From an uncultured Planctomycetaceae bacterium (GTDB taxonomy: Bacteria > Planctomycetota > Phycisphaerae > SM23-33), in contig CAYYMD010000005.1 of NCBI GenBank assembly GCA_964472875.1, positions 7,670 through 71,669 on the forward strand: a stretch of DNA of 64,000 nucleotides, given 5' to 3'. A program made the translations under genes and the position numbers. Positions 27,833 to 37,382 of this stretch are shown here, in pieces (position 1 is the stretch's first letter; every line of letters starts with the position of its first letter). Below the pieces are notes generated by a model. The model had not been told where the DNA came from, made no database searches, and saw nothing but the letters and a program-made list of their open reading frames with translations.

Positions 27833-28887
27833 CACCCGAAACTAACATCTTCGCCGTGGAGACCAGTTGTGACGAGACGGCGGCTGCGGTCGTGGCCGAG
27901 GGGCGATACGTGCTGTCCGGCGTGGTGGCCAGCCAGGTCGAACTACATGCACGTTATGGCGGCGTAGTGCCCGAGGTCGCATCCCGCGCGCATCTGGAGA
28001 GCGTTAACACGGTTATCGAAAAGGCGCTGGCGGATTCGCAACTTGCCCCGCCTGATATCTCGGCCGTGGCAGTCACCAGCGAACCGGGGCTCATCGGCTC
28101 GCTACTGGTGGGGCTGATGGCCGCAAAGACGCTTGCGTGGGTGTGGGACGTGCCGCTTATCGGCGTCAATCACATTTACGCCCATGCCTACTCGCCGGCG
28201 CTGGACGCCGAGGCGATAGATTATCCGGCCGTGGCGCTGATATGTTCCGGCGGGCACACCGCGCTTTACAAGTGCGACTCGCCGACGGAGATGGAACTGC
28301 TGGGGGCAACGATAGACGACGCGGCCGGCGAGGCGTTTGACAAGGTAGCCGCCGTCCTGAAACTGGGCTACCCGGGCGGCCCGGCCATCGAGCGGGCTGC
28401 GGCCGGCGGCGATGCATCGGCGGTGGATTTTCCGCGGCCGTTGTTGGCGGACAAGTCGCTGGATTTCTCCTTCAGCGGGCTCAAGACCGCCGTATTGTAC
28501 CACATAAACGGCGTGCCAGGCGCGCATCGCAAAAAGAGTAAATTGCCACGGCCGGGTGGAATCGAAAACTTCACCGACAAGCAAATCGCCGACGCGGCCG
28601 CGAGTTTTCAGTCGGCTGTGGTGGACGTTCTGGCGGGCAAACTCCGCCGCGCGGCCGAGACGGTGCGGCCGAAGTCGCTGATTCTCGGCGGGGGCGTCTC
28701 GGCCAACAAGGCACTCCGCGAGGCGGCGGGGCGAATCGCCGAGAAAACCGGCTGCCCGCTGCGCCTGCCGCCGATGCAATTCTGCATAGACAACGCCGCA
28801 ATGGTAGCCGGGCTGGCATGGCACTATCTCCGTGCCGGGCGAACCAACAATCTGGACCTCGAGGCCACACCGACGGTGAGGAGATAG
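27829..28887 (+). CDS. tsaD: tRNA N6-adenosine threonylcarbamoyltransferase
   Basis: Motifs seen are IFAVETSCDETAAAV, GVNHIYAHA and GGVSANKALR. There is a 4-nt overlap with ctp. Confidence 0.95.
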   Translation: MTPETNIFAVETSCDETAAAVVAEGRYVLSGVVASQVELHARYGGVVPEVASRAHLESVNTVIEKALADSQLAPPDISAVAVTSEPGLIGSLLVGLMAAKTLAWVWDVPLIGVNHIYAHAYSPALDAEAIDYPAVALICSGGHTALYKCDSPTEMELLGATIDDAAGEAFDKVAAVLKLGYPGGPAIERAAAGGDASAVDFPRPLLADKSLDFSFSGLKTAVLYHINGVPGAHRKKSKLPRPGGIENFTDKQIADAAASFQSAVVDVLAGKLRRAAETVRPKSLILGGGVSANKALREAAGRIAEKTGCPLRLPPMQFCIDNAAMVAGLAWHYLRAGRTNNLDLEATPTVRR

Positions 28888-28931
28888 GATATAGAGTTTC
28901 CGATTTCGATATAAATATTCGGAGATTGGAT

Positions 28932-29063
28932 TGAAAAACGTAAACGATCATACTGGCCGCCAAATTCGCCTGACTGATGAAAAACTGTCATATTCTCGAA
29001 CATCCCGAGATGAATGAGATGCTTGAGAGCACCAAAACACCTTCATTGTCACAGCTTATTTAA
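28932..29063 (+). pseudogene. Frameshifted remnant of a small conserved gene (RLTDEKLS / HILEHPEM type)
   Basis: One frame reads LKNVNDHTGRQIRLTDEKLSYSRTSRDE*. A +1 shifted frame continues HILEHPEMNEMLESTKTPSLSQLI*. Together these resemble small 'HI.EHPEM'-motif proteins split by a frameshift. This is recognition by memory only. Confidence 0.3.
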
Positions 29064-29091
29064 GGGATTCGCTCAAACGAGGCGGGAAAAC

Positions 29092-29354
29092 ATGGCCGAA
29101 AGAATAAAAGTCTGGGATGGCGCGGAAGCGGATTTTATCGAAGTTCTGTTTTCGATAAGGAAGGTTTCATGCGACGCACGGACAACGAGGCCGTAATGGA
29201 GAGTGTAAGCAAACATCAAAAAGATGCGCCGCCGGAGACCAAACTTGCTCAGCCATTTCCTGATGCGGTGTGCGAGGGGATTTTGACGCGCGGGGCATTT
29301 GCGATTGATTATCGCGGCCGGGCGCTGTTTAATCGTAATTTACAGCAATCATGA
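29092..29354 (+). pseudogene. DUF2283-like small gene, apparently frameshifted
   Basis: MAERIKVWDGAEADFIEVLFS is followed, after a 1-nt frame change near 29155-29165, by (G)FMRRTDNEAVMESV. That matches the DUF2283 pattern (W.d.EaDfLEVlFs...G.m..T.n.avm). The downstream part has diverged. Confidence 0.35.
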
Positions 29355-31063
29355 GTTATCTCGTACTGGCAAGAAAATATCGCAGCGCCACGTTCGAGGA
29401 GGTTATCGGCCAGGAACCCATCGCGCGGACGCTGAGCAACGCCATCAAAGAAGACAGGGTGGCGCACGCATACCTGTTCGCCGGCGCCCGCGGCGTGGGC
29501 AAGACCACCACCGCGCGAATACTGGCCAAGTGCCTCAACTGCATGTCGGTCGAGGAGCCCACCACCGAACCGTGCAACAAGTGCGAGGCGTGCGAGGCGA
29601 TATCCCGCGGCGATGACATAGACGTGGTGGAGATAGACGGCGCCTCCAACCGCGGCATAGACGAAATCCGCGAACTCCGCGCAAACGCCATCTACCGCCC
29701 CGCCCGCAGCCGGTACAAGATTTATTACATCGACGAAGTCCACATGCTCACCCGCGAGGCGTTCAACGCGCTGCTGAAGACCCTTGAGGAGCCGCCAGAG
29801 CACGTGAAGTTCATCTTCGCCACCACCGAACCTGAGAAGGTCCTGCCCACAATAACCTCCCGCTGCCAGCGGTTCGACTTCGCCGACATCCCGACCCGCC
29901 TGATAGCCGACCACCTCAAGGCAATCTGCGAGAAAGAGAAGATAAAGGCCGACGACGAGGCCCTGTTCCGCATCGCACGCGCCGCGGCCGGGTCCATGCG
30001 AGACGGGCTGAGTCTGTTGGACCAGATAATCGCCTCCGATGCGGAAATAACGCCCGAGGCCGTCGTCTCCATCCTCGGCACGCCGCCGGACCAGAAGGTG
30101 CTGTCCATCGTCGAGGCGATCGCCGCCGGCGACTCAGCGGCTGCGCTGGGCGAACTGAACAAGGTGCTAAGCGGCAGCGTAACGCTGTCATCGGTTGCTA
30201 AGGCCCTGGGCGATGCGTTCCGCAATATGATGCTGGCGGCCACATGCGGTGGCGACAGCGACCTTATTGAACTGCCCGATACGCAAAAACAGGCCACGGC
30301 GGAACTCGCCGGGCGATTCTCGCTGCCGGTGCTGGTGCAGGCGGTCTCGGTGGTACAGAACGCCGCATGGCGGATGCGCAGTTCGGCGCTGGCGAGGGCG
30401 CTGCTGGAGGCGGCGGTGGTGCGACTGGCCGAGGCCGACAAGTTCGTCGACCCGGAAAGTCTCATCGAGCGGCTACAGGAATTATCCGGCGGCCAAAAAA
30501 AAAATTCCCCACTAAAAGGTAAACCCTCTCCCGCAGCCACTGCCGGCTCACGCAGCGCCAAAAAAGAATCCTCTACCGGCCGTTACCTCGCAAACGAGCA
30601 ACCCAAACCCCCGCCACAGCTTCAGTGGGAACAGACCTGGCTTAGCGCTAACTGGGAAACTCTTATCGAAGCGCTGGCGGCCGTGGGCGAAAAGCAGGTG
30701 GCCGGGGCGATACGCCCTGCCCGTCTGGTGGAACTGGATGGCGAGACGGCCACGCTCGGCTTCGACAAGGACCATGAAATTCTACGGCGGCGATGCGACG
30801 GTGCGCTTAAGGCGCCTATCTGCAAAGCCCTTTCGCGACTGGCGGGCCGGCGTATAGAATGTAAATTCGTCTCCACGGCCACAAACGGCTCCGGCGAAGG
30901 CAAACGGGTGTTCGGTGGGCTGAGCACGGCAGAAAAAAACGGCATAGTAAAAGATCCTCACGTGCAGAAGGTCCTGGCGATGTTCGAAGCCGACGTCGTG
31001 GACATAACGAAGACCCAACCCTCGGCACCCGACACCGCCGGGGACAACACGCAGGACGACTAA
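29351..31063 (+). CDS. dnaX: DNA polymerase III subunits gamma/tau
   Basis: AAA+ motifs are HAYLFAGARGVGKTTTARILAK, the zinc module CNKCEACEAI, YYIDEVHML and LLKTLEEPPEHVKFIFATTE. The full-length product is 570 aa (tau). Confidence 0.95.
   Translation: MSYLVLARKYRSATFEEVIGQEPIARTLSNAIKEDRVAHAYLFAGARGVGKTTTARILAKCLNCMSVEEPTTEPCNKCEACEAISRGDDIDVVEIDGASNRGIDEIRELRANAIYRPARSRYKIYYIDEVHMLTREAFNALLKTLEEPPEHVKFIFATTEPEKVLPTITSRCQRFDFADIPTRLIADHLKAICEKEKIKADDEALFRIARAAAGSMRDGLSLLDQIIASDAEITPEAVVSILGTPPDQKVLSIVEAIAAGDSAAALGELNKVLSGSVTLSSVAKALGDAFRNMMLAATCGGDSDLIELPDTQKQATAELAGRFSLPVLVQAVSVVQNAAWRMRSSALARALLEAAVVRLAEADKFVDPESLIERLQELSGGQKKNSPLKGKPSPAATAGSRSAKKESSTGRYLANEQPKPPPQLQWEQTWLSANWETLIEALAAVGEKQVAGAIRPARLVELDGETATLGFDKDHEILRRRCDGALKAPICKALSRLAGRRIECKFVSTATNGSGEGKRVFGGLSTAEKNGIVKDPHVQKVLAMFEADVVDITKTQPSAPDTAGDNTQDD
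30495..30504 (+). promoter_or_regulatory. A10 homopolymer in dnaX: candidate recoding (slippage) site for a gamma-like short product
   Basis: There are ten consecutive A (codons CAA AAA AAA AAT, residues 382-385). The -1 frame reads TTC CCC ACT AAA AGG TAA, with the stop at 30520-30522. The +1 frame reads CCC CAC TAA, with the stop at 30513-30515. Confidence 0.5.
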
Positions 31064-31142
31064 AATTAATATTGAGAGATGAGGTTCGTATTCGCGAAAT
31101 CCCATCGGGATAAGTTCGCGGCTGAAATAATCAGGAGTAAAA

Positions 31143-31508
31143 ATGTTCGGTGACATAGGCAAGATGATGAAAATGGTGGGGCAGATGAAAAAGCGACTGC
31201 CCGAGATGCGCGAAAAGATGGCCAACAGCGAGTTCACGGCCGAGATAACCGCACCGGAGTCTCAGCGAGGCACCACCGGCACGGTCAGGGCGACAGTCAG
31301 CGGCAGGGGCACACTGCTGGATTTGCGGATAGAGCCGGAAGTTCTCGACCGTGACGACACGCCGGCCCAGATGGCTGAAATGCTCGAGGACATCACTGCC
31401 GCGGCCGTAAAGGCCGCTCAGGAAAAGGCCGCCGACGCCATAAAAGAAGCCATGAACGAACTCACCGGCGGCGCCGAACTACCCCCCGGCCTTTCTGACA
31501 TAATTTGA
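31143..31508 (+). CDS. ybaB: YbaB/EbfC family nucleoid-associated protein
   Basis: 121 aa. It begins MFGDIGKMMKMVGQMKKRLPEMREKM and sits in the canonical position between dnaX and recR. Confidence 0.9.
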   Translation: MFGDIGKMMKMVGQMKKRLPEMREKMANSEFTAEITAPESQRGTTGTVRATVSGRGTLLDLRIEPEVLDRDDTPAQMAEMLEDITAAAVKAAQEKAADAIKEAMNELTGGAELPPGLSDII

Positions 31509-31524
31509 TGATTACTATAAAGTC

Positions 31525-32124
31525 ATGGCAGATTATCCCAGCACAATCCAGCGTTTGATAGACCAGTTCGGGCGGCTGCCGGGCATCGGCGCCCGCACGG
31601 CCGAGCGGCTGGCGTTTTTTCTGCTGCGGTCGGAAAGACAGGAGGCGTTCGCCCTGGCCGAGGCCATCCGCGACATCAAGACCAAGGTCCGCCCGTGCAC
31701 GGTTTGCTTCAACATCGCCGAGGATGACCTGTGCAACATCTGCGCCGACCAGCAGCGGGACAAGTCCACCATCTGCGTGGTCGAGCAGCCCAAGGACCTG
31801 CTGGCACTGGAATCGACCGGCGCATACAACGGCGTGTATCACGTGCTGATGGGACACATAGCCCCGCTGGAGGGCGTCGGTCCGGAGGACCTGACCATCG
31901 ATGCGCTGGTGAAGCGCGTAAAGGCAGGCGGCGTGAAGGAGATTCTCCTGGCCACCAACCCCACAGTCTCAGGCGACAGCACGGCACTGCACATATCCGA
32001 GCGACTGGCAGACACGGCCGTAAACGTCACTCGCCTGGCGCGGGGACTGCCCACCGGCGGGCAGATAGAATACTCCAACAAATCCATCCTCGCCGACGCC
32101 ATAAGCAACCGGCGCAAAATCTGA
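31525..32124 (+). CDS. recR: Recombination protein RecR
   Basis: It has the HhH motif (LPGIGARTAERLAFFLL), the C4 zinc finger (CTVCFNIAEDDLCNICAD) and a Toprim domain (ICVVEQPKDL...LATNPTVSGDSTA). Confidence 0.95.
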   Translation: MADYPSTIQRLIDQFGRLPGIGARTAERLAFFLLRSERQEAFALAEAIRDIKTKVRPCTVCFNIAEDDLCNICADQQRDKSTICVVEQPKDLLALESTGAYNGVYHVLMGHIAPLEGVGPEDLTIDALVKRVKAGGVKEILLATNPTVSGDSTALHISERLADTAVNVTRLARGLPTGGQIEYSNKSILADAISNRRKI

Positions 32125-32211
32125 TAAAATAATTTATCTGCGACCGCACCTCTGTGGCTGCCTGCAACGCTTGACAGTTTCGCGCCGGTGGGATATCGTC
32201 GTTTACAATAC

Positions 32212-32298
32212 GCCCGGGTGGCGGAATTGGCAGACGCGTCAGGTTGAGGGCCTGGTGGCCTATAAAAGGCCGTGCTGGTTCGAATCCAGTCCCGGGCA
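32212..32298 (+). tRNA. tRNA-Leu (anticodon GAG)
   Basis: Folded by hand. The acceptor is GCCCGGG/CCCGGGC plus A. The anticodon loop is TTGAGGG. The long variable arm is TGGCCTATAAAAGGCCG. The T arm is CTGG-TTCGAAT-CCAG. Confidence 0.95.
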
Positions 32299-32397
32299 GT
32301 TTCACATTTCGGATCTCAAATTTGAGATTTCAAATTAAGAAACGTGTGGGAGGGTGACCAAGAGTCAGATTTTGTCTGTGGCGGCCGATTTTATGTT

Positions 32398-33339
32398 TTA
32401 AGTTTCGTTTTCCGTCGGTTTTGTTCCCGGCTTCCCCTCGGCCAGGTTGTCGTAAAACCGCCGTGTCGGATAGGCGAAATCCACGTTCTCACACTTCGAG
32501 AACTCTTCCAATATCGCCTCCCACATCTGCGCCTCGGTGCTGCGTCGGCGGCGCGGGTCGCACAGGTACCGCACGGTCAGCGTCACGCCGTAATCTATCA
32601 CCGACGTCCAAACGATGGGCGTTAGTTTCTCGTAGAAAATCATGTACTTGCCGGCCACGCGGCGGATCTGTTCGGCCGCACGCTCGCTCTTAAAGGCGGT
32701 GTGCTCCTGCGCCACGCCGGTGAGAATGTCCTTCGCCTTTCGCCAGTCGCTTTCGAAGGTAACCGTGACGGGAATCTCGTTCCAGATGAAGTTGAAGCCC
32801 TTGTTGTAGTTCGAGCACGAGTACTGGAATATCCAGTTGTTCGGCACATGGATGATCCTGCCGGTGCTCTGGTCGGCGTCGACCCAGTTGCCTATCTCGT
32901 TTATCGAAAACTGGAAGAGACTGATGTCGATAACGTCGCCGGCGTGCGAATGTATCTCGATGCGGTCGCCGGCGGTGAACGGCCGGGCGAATACTATGTA
33001 CAGCCAACCGGCCAGGTTTGTCACCGGGTCGCGTAGGGCTATGGCCAGGCCGGCCGAGACCAGGCCAAGATAGGTCATCAGGCCTGCTGCGCTGCCAACC
33101 CATACGCGGACCAGCGCCAGAACGGCCACGATGCCCAGCAGGTAGGTGATGCTCTTGGTGGCCATGTATTTACGGGCAACGTCCTTAACCCGCCGCCGGG
33201 CCAGGCGGACCAGTATACTGCGCACTACAAAGTAGCCCGCCACCACCGCCAGCGAAAGCAGTATGCTTCGCAGCGTATCCGGAGATATCCCCAGGTAACG
33301 GTGCACAACATCGCTGAAATGTTTCCAGATTGCATCCAT
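32398..33339 (-). CDS. Mechanosensitive ion channel (MscS) family protein
   Basis: 313 aa with three N-terminal TM segments. The MscS pore and beta-domain pattern is LGLVSAGLAIALRDPVTNLAGWLYIVFARPFTAGDRIEI. Confidence 0.85.
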   Translation of the reverse strand: MDAIWKHFSDVVHRYLGISPDTLRSILLSLAVVAGYFVVRSILVRLARRRVKDVARKYMATKSITYLLGIVAVLALVRVWVGSAAGLMTYLGLVSAGLAIALRDPVTNLAGWLYIVFARPFTAGDRIEIHSHAGDVIDISLFQFSINEIGNWVDADQSTGRIIHVPNNWIFQYSCSNYNKGFNFIWNEIPVTVTFESDWRKAKDILTGVAQEHTAFKSERAAEQIRRVAGKYMIFYEKLTPIVWTSVIDYGVTLTVRYLCDPRRRRSTEAQMWEAILEEFSKCENVDFAYPTRRFYDNLAEGKPGTKPTENET

Positions 33340-33439
33340 ATTGATTGAACTGTAAGCGTTACGGATAATTCTACGAGGTTACAGTCCGATATTTCGACAA
33401 AATTACGCTGAAAGGCCGCGCATGCCGGCGGAAAATCGG

Positions 33440-33592
33440 TTACAAAACACGTTCGTCGCCGAGAAGGTGCAGGAATGCCCCGCGGACGTTTAGACTCTCC
33501 TTGCGGGCTGGCATGAGGACGGCGGAACTGACGCCGTTGGCCGACAGGCCCAGAACGGCAATGACCAGCATCAACGGCGCATCTATGCTCAT
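33440..33592 (-). pseudogene. Fragment of a cation diffusion facilitator (CzcD/ZitB-like) transporter
   Basis: My own translation gives MSIDAPLMLVIAVLGLSANGVSSAVLMPARKESLNVRGAFLHLLGDERVL*. It matches the CDF TM4-TM5 signature (vavlGL.vN.....L....sLNvrgAflHvlgD) but is only about 50 aa. No upstream or downstream remainder is present. Confidence 0.4.
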
Positions 33593-33822
33593 GTCCCGCC
33601 CGAAACGCCGCCATGAGTTTCCGCGGCCGAATGCGCGCTTTACAGTCCTTGCAGGTATTTTCAGGTCAGCGGAGTTGACCTTTTATCGTAGTTTGATAAA
33701 ATCACTTTAGGTTATAAAGTAACCGGCTTATAAATGTACGATGGCAATGCCTCGCCAGCGTGATGAAGCCATAATATAAACGAAATATCGCAAAATCTTC
33801 GCGTAAAGACAGGAGATCGTTC

Positions 33823-36108
33823 ATGCGATTCTATTTTGAACTAAGCGATGATGTCGGTTCCACTGCCTTCGCCGCTTTATCGAACAGATGCCGTGCGCTG
33901 GGCTGGATTTGCCTTCTGGCCGCGATGCTTACGTTGTCTGTCGCCTCCGCCGCCGACGTCGTCGCGCCGCCTGATACGGAGGATGTATCCGAACAAATTG
34001 TCTCTAAGTACAAGTCGGTGTACACTACACGGCCGATAGGCCCAAATTATCAATCCTTGGATGCTGTTCTGATAGGCAACGGTGACGTGGCCGTCGCCAT
34101 CAGCACTACGCCGTCGCAGTTAAAAGGGCACCGGAGCCATCGCAAACCCGAGCAGATTCGTTTCTGGTTTCACAAAAACGACTTCTGGAAACTCGGCGGG
34201 CCAACCAAGAGTAAACTCCTGGGCTATATCGATTTCTGGTTCGAACTTCGCCACGGCAAGAATCGCCCTAAGCGAAAATACCGTTTCGAGAACGACCTAT
34301 ACACCGCAACCGCTCATGGCCGCGTGTCTCAGGGCGAGGACCAGATCCTCGACATAAAGGCCTGGGTCAGCGCGATTGACGATATGGTTTTTATACAGTT
34401 CTCCGCTCCCGCCAAGCAAAAGGTCTACTGGGTTAACACAGACCCTCAGATAATGCGGGCCGGCAGCGAGTGGGAAGCGAAAGGGGTAGACGGATACGAA
34501 AAGATTTTCTGGCGGCGGGAGTTTCCCGACGGCGATCCGCCTACGGGCATGAGCATGTGCTTCAAGAGGTATGGTGACAAAATGCGGCACGGCGAACTGG
34601 GCAAGAAGCCGCAGACGCTGGTTTTCGCCATTGACAGTCTTCTGGAGAACAAAAACTACGGCGAAAGCGTCCAAAAAAAGATAAAAGATTTTAAAATCGA
34701 GGACATGGAGAAGCAATACGCGGCCCATAGGCAATGGTGGTCCGATTTCTGGGCTAAAAGTTTCATCGACATTCCCGACGAAACAATCGAAAAGCAATAC
34801 TACCTGGCGAATTACGTGCTGGCCGGTTGCTGCCGCAACAAGGATTTCCCGCCCGGACTGCGGACTACATGGACGTGCAACGACAATCCGCGATGGAGTA
34901 ACGACTATCACCTCAACTATAACTTCCAGGCCGGATTTTACAGTCTGTATGGAACCAATCACCCCGAAATGGGCGAAGTGCAGGACCAGCCGCTGCTGGA
35001 TTACATGCCGGTCGGACGCAAACTCGCAAAAGAGCGACTGGGCGTGCCAGGCATTTTATATCCGGTCGGTATAGGTCCGAAGGGCACAACAACATGGGGA
35101 AATGACTACGGCCAGAAAAGCAACGCCTCATATGGCGCAGTCAACATGATTTTCCGCTGGAAGACCACATATGACCTTGATTATGCAAAAAAAGTTTACC
35201 CATACTTCAGGGAACTGACAACTTTCTGGGAGGCATACCTTAAGTACGAAAAAGAGAATGACCGCTACGTTATCGAAAAGGACTCGGTCCACGAGCAAAG
35301 CGGCAAGGACTTCAACTCCATTGTCTCCCTCGCGCTGTGCCGCGCGGTGTTCGAAACGGCCATGGACATGAGCAAGGCCCTCGGCGTGGACGTTGAAAAG
35401 CAAGAGAAGTGGAACCGCATCCTTGAACATCTCAGCGACTATGCCACCCAGCAGCGGGAGGGTAAAACGGTCTTCCGCTACACGGAAAAGGGTACGGAAT
35501 GGTGGAAAGGCAACACGCTCGGCATTCAGCACATATACCCTGCGCTGGGCATCGGCCTGGAAAGTGACCCGCGCCTTATAAAGATAGCCCGAAATACTAT
35601 TGACGTTATGCAGCGATGGTTCGACCACAACGGCGACAATAGTTTCTTCCCCGCGGCCGCTTACGTCGGATACAAACCCGAGGTCATCTACAAAAAACTC
35701 CACGAGTATGTCGCCAGCCACTATCGGCCTAACGGCCTGCGCGCCCGCCAGGGACATGGAACGGAGAAATTATCCACCATTCCAAACACGGTGAACATGA
35801 TGCTGTGCTCCGTACACCGCGGTGTCATGCGGCTTTATCCGGCCTGGCCGAAAGACGTCGACGCACGATTCGGCAACCTCCGTCAGTTTGGAGCGTTCCT
35901 TGTCTCCAGCGAACTAAAAGATGGAACGGTGCGGTATGTCACTATCCTGAGCGAAAAGGGCCGTGACCTGACACTCGTGAACCCCTGGCCCGGCCGGGAC
36001 GTGGCGCTGCGTCGGAACGGGCAGGAGGCAAAAAAGGTCCTCAGCGGGAAAAACTTTACTATTGAGACAAGCCCGGGCGAGACACTCGCACTGACTCCGG
36101 CTGAATAA
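33823..36108 (+). CDS. Secreted putative (alpha/alpha)6-barrel glycoside hydrolase (GH95-like, family uncertain)
   Basis: 761 aa with a signal/TM segment (LGWICLLAAMLTLSVASAA). The central pattern NDYHLNYNFQAGFYSLYGTNHPEMGEV...LLDYM resembles the GH95/GH65-type catalytic barrel. GC is lower than in core genes. Confidence 0.5.
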   Translation: MRFYFELSDDVGSTAFAALSNRCRALGWICLLAAMLTLSVASAADVVAPPDTEDVSEQIVSKYKSVYTTRPIGPNYQSLDAVLIGNGDVAVAISTTPSQLKGHRSHRKPEQIRFWFHKNDFWKLGGPTKSKLLGYIDFWFELRHGKNRPKRKYRFENDLYTATAHGRVSQGEDQILDIKAWVSAIDDMVFIQFSAPAKQKVYWVNTDPQIMRAGSEWEAKGVDGYEKIFWRREFPDGDPPTGMSMCFKRYGDKMRHGELGKKPQTLVFAIDSLLENKNYGESVQKKIKDFKIEDMEKQYAAHRQWWSDFWAKSFIDIPDETIEKQYYLANYVLAGCCRNKDFPPGLRTTWTCNDNPRWSNDYHLNYNFQAGFYSLYGTNHPEMGEVQDQPLLDYMPVGRKLAKERLGVPGILYPVGIGPKGTTTWGNDYGQKSNASYGAVNMIFRWKTTYDLDYAKKVYPYFRELTTFWEAYLKYEKENDRYVIEKDSVHEQSGKDFNSIVSLALCRAVFETAMDMSKALGVDVEKQEKWNRILEHLSDYATQQREGKTVFRYTEKGTEWWKGNTLGIQHIYPALGIGLESDPRLIKIARNTIDVMQRWFDHNGDNSFFPAAAYVGYKPEVIYKKLHEYVASHYRPNGLRARQGHGTEKLSTIPNTVNMMLCSVHRGVMRLYPAWPKDVDARFGNLRQFGAFLVSSELKDGTVRYVTILSEKGRDLTLVNPWPGRDVALRRNGQEAKKVLSGKNFTIETSPGETLALTPAE

Positions 36109-36293
36109 TTATGCCACAGTTGCCGTGAATACTTTCGTAAATACTTGGACGGAAATATTAGGATAGACGGAAGTGGCCGACAAAAATGTTCCTGCGCCGG
36201 ACGAATCGTATTGAGAGCACCCGCAGCGTGATTTGCATGAGACCTTTCGAGAATTGTCCGTCAATTAGGGAAAAATACAATATGGGCATGATT

Positions 36294-37379
36294 TCAATCG
36301 ATGGGAAGTTGAGGTGGCCGCGACTTTTTATCGCTTCCAGACTCGGGCTTTGGCTTAGGTGGCTTTACGCCTTTACACTTATATTGCCACACTATGATAG
36401 TCCACTTGTCACGGGTGGTGGGCACCCACCCTGCTGCTAAAGAGTATTCGTCGCTAACGCGACGCGCACGGACATAGAGTTCAAAACTATCGGGCCAGAC
36501 GACAAATCGCACGTACCGCTTATCTTTGTCCGTATGCCGCAACACTCGTTGAAAAAGACTGTGCGGCATTTGGATTCGATTTATTGTTTCGCCGCCTCCG
36601 CGCTTACGGTTCAATACCACTTGTACCCCTCGCCAGTGTGGCTCGACGGTGTATCTAAAATCGTTCGTTCCCAGATTGTGGTTCTGGAAATACTCCGCAA
36701 GCACCTTGCAATCGACAGGGGCTGTTTTGTCCGACCGATTGGGAAAGCAATGTCGAACAATCGCACTGACGACCTTTTTGACGTTATCGTAACTGACATG
36801 ATACAGACGACCCTCCCGGCAAAGAAATAATACGGGCCTGGCGCCTTTCGGCGCCGGGCGGGGATTTGGAAGAGTCACGATTTTTGGTGGCGGCGCTTTG
36901 ACCTTCGCCACCTCAGCCAGCTGTGTCTGGATACGGTCCTCTTGCTGATCGAGCTTACCGATTTGCTCGGTGAGTTTATTGATTTCGTTCTTGCGTTGTG
37001 TCAGGAGTTTTTCAACCTTTTGTTTGAACTTGTCCGGCTCAGTGGGTTCAGATAGCTGCTTTTGCAGACCGGCGATGCGCTGCTGTGTCTCGTCGAGTCG
37101 GCGACGCAATTCAGGCAGATGCTTCTTTTTCTGGTTCCATTGACGAAGCAGTTGATTGATTTCTTGTTCCTGTTGATTGGCTTTCTTCTCGGCCAGCGCC
37201 AGCTGCCGTCTGCTGACTACCGGAATGTCTTGCTCCGCGCGTAAAACCCTCTTGACCGCATCAGCGACATTAAGTTGCGTAACCACCAGCAGAATAACCA
37301 GAATGCCGACAACGTTAGTCATCGTGTCAAGCAGTGAATCGAGACTCCCAATTTCGGTTTTTCGCCTGCGTCGCGACAT
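36294..37379 (-). CDS. Single-pass coiled-coil membrane protein with ExbD/TolR-like N-terminus and C-terminal domain (operon gene 3)
   Basis: 361 aa. A basic N-terminus and TM segment (MSRRRRKTEIGSLDSLLDTMTNVVGILVILLVVTQ) carry an Asp in the ExbD-like position. A heptad-rich segment of about 120 aa follows (QQEQEINQLLRQWNQKKKHLPELRRRLDETQQRIAGLQKQL). The compact C-terminal domain ends in a Lys/Pro-rich tail. Confidence 0.55.
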   Translation of the reverse strand: MSRRRRKTEIGSLDSLLDTMTNVVGILVILLVVTQLNVADAVKRVLRAEQDIPVVSRRQLALAEKKANQQEQEINQLLRQWNQKKKHLPELRRRLDETQQRIAGLQKQLSEPTEPDKFKQKVEKLLTQRKNEINKLTEQIGKLDQQEDRIQTQLAEVAKVKAPPPKIVTLPNPRPAPKGARPVLFLCREGRLYHVSYDNVKKVVSAIVRHCFPNRSDKTAPVDCKVLAEYFQNHNLGTNDFRYTVEPHWRGVQVVLNRKRGGGETINRIQMPHSLFQRVLRHTDKDKRYVRFVVWPDSFELYVRARRVSDEYSLAAGWVPTTRDKWTIIVWQYKCKGVKPPKPKPESGSDKKSRPPQLPID

Positions 37380-37382
37380 GAT

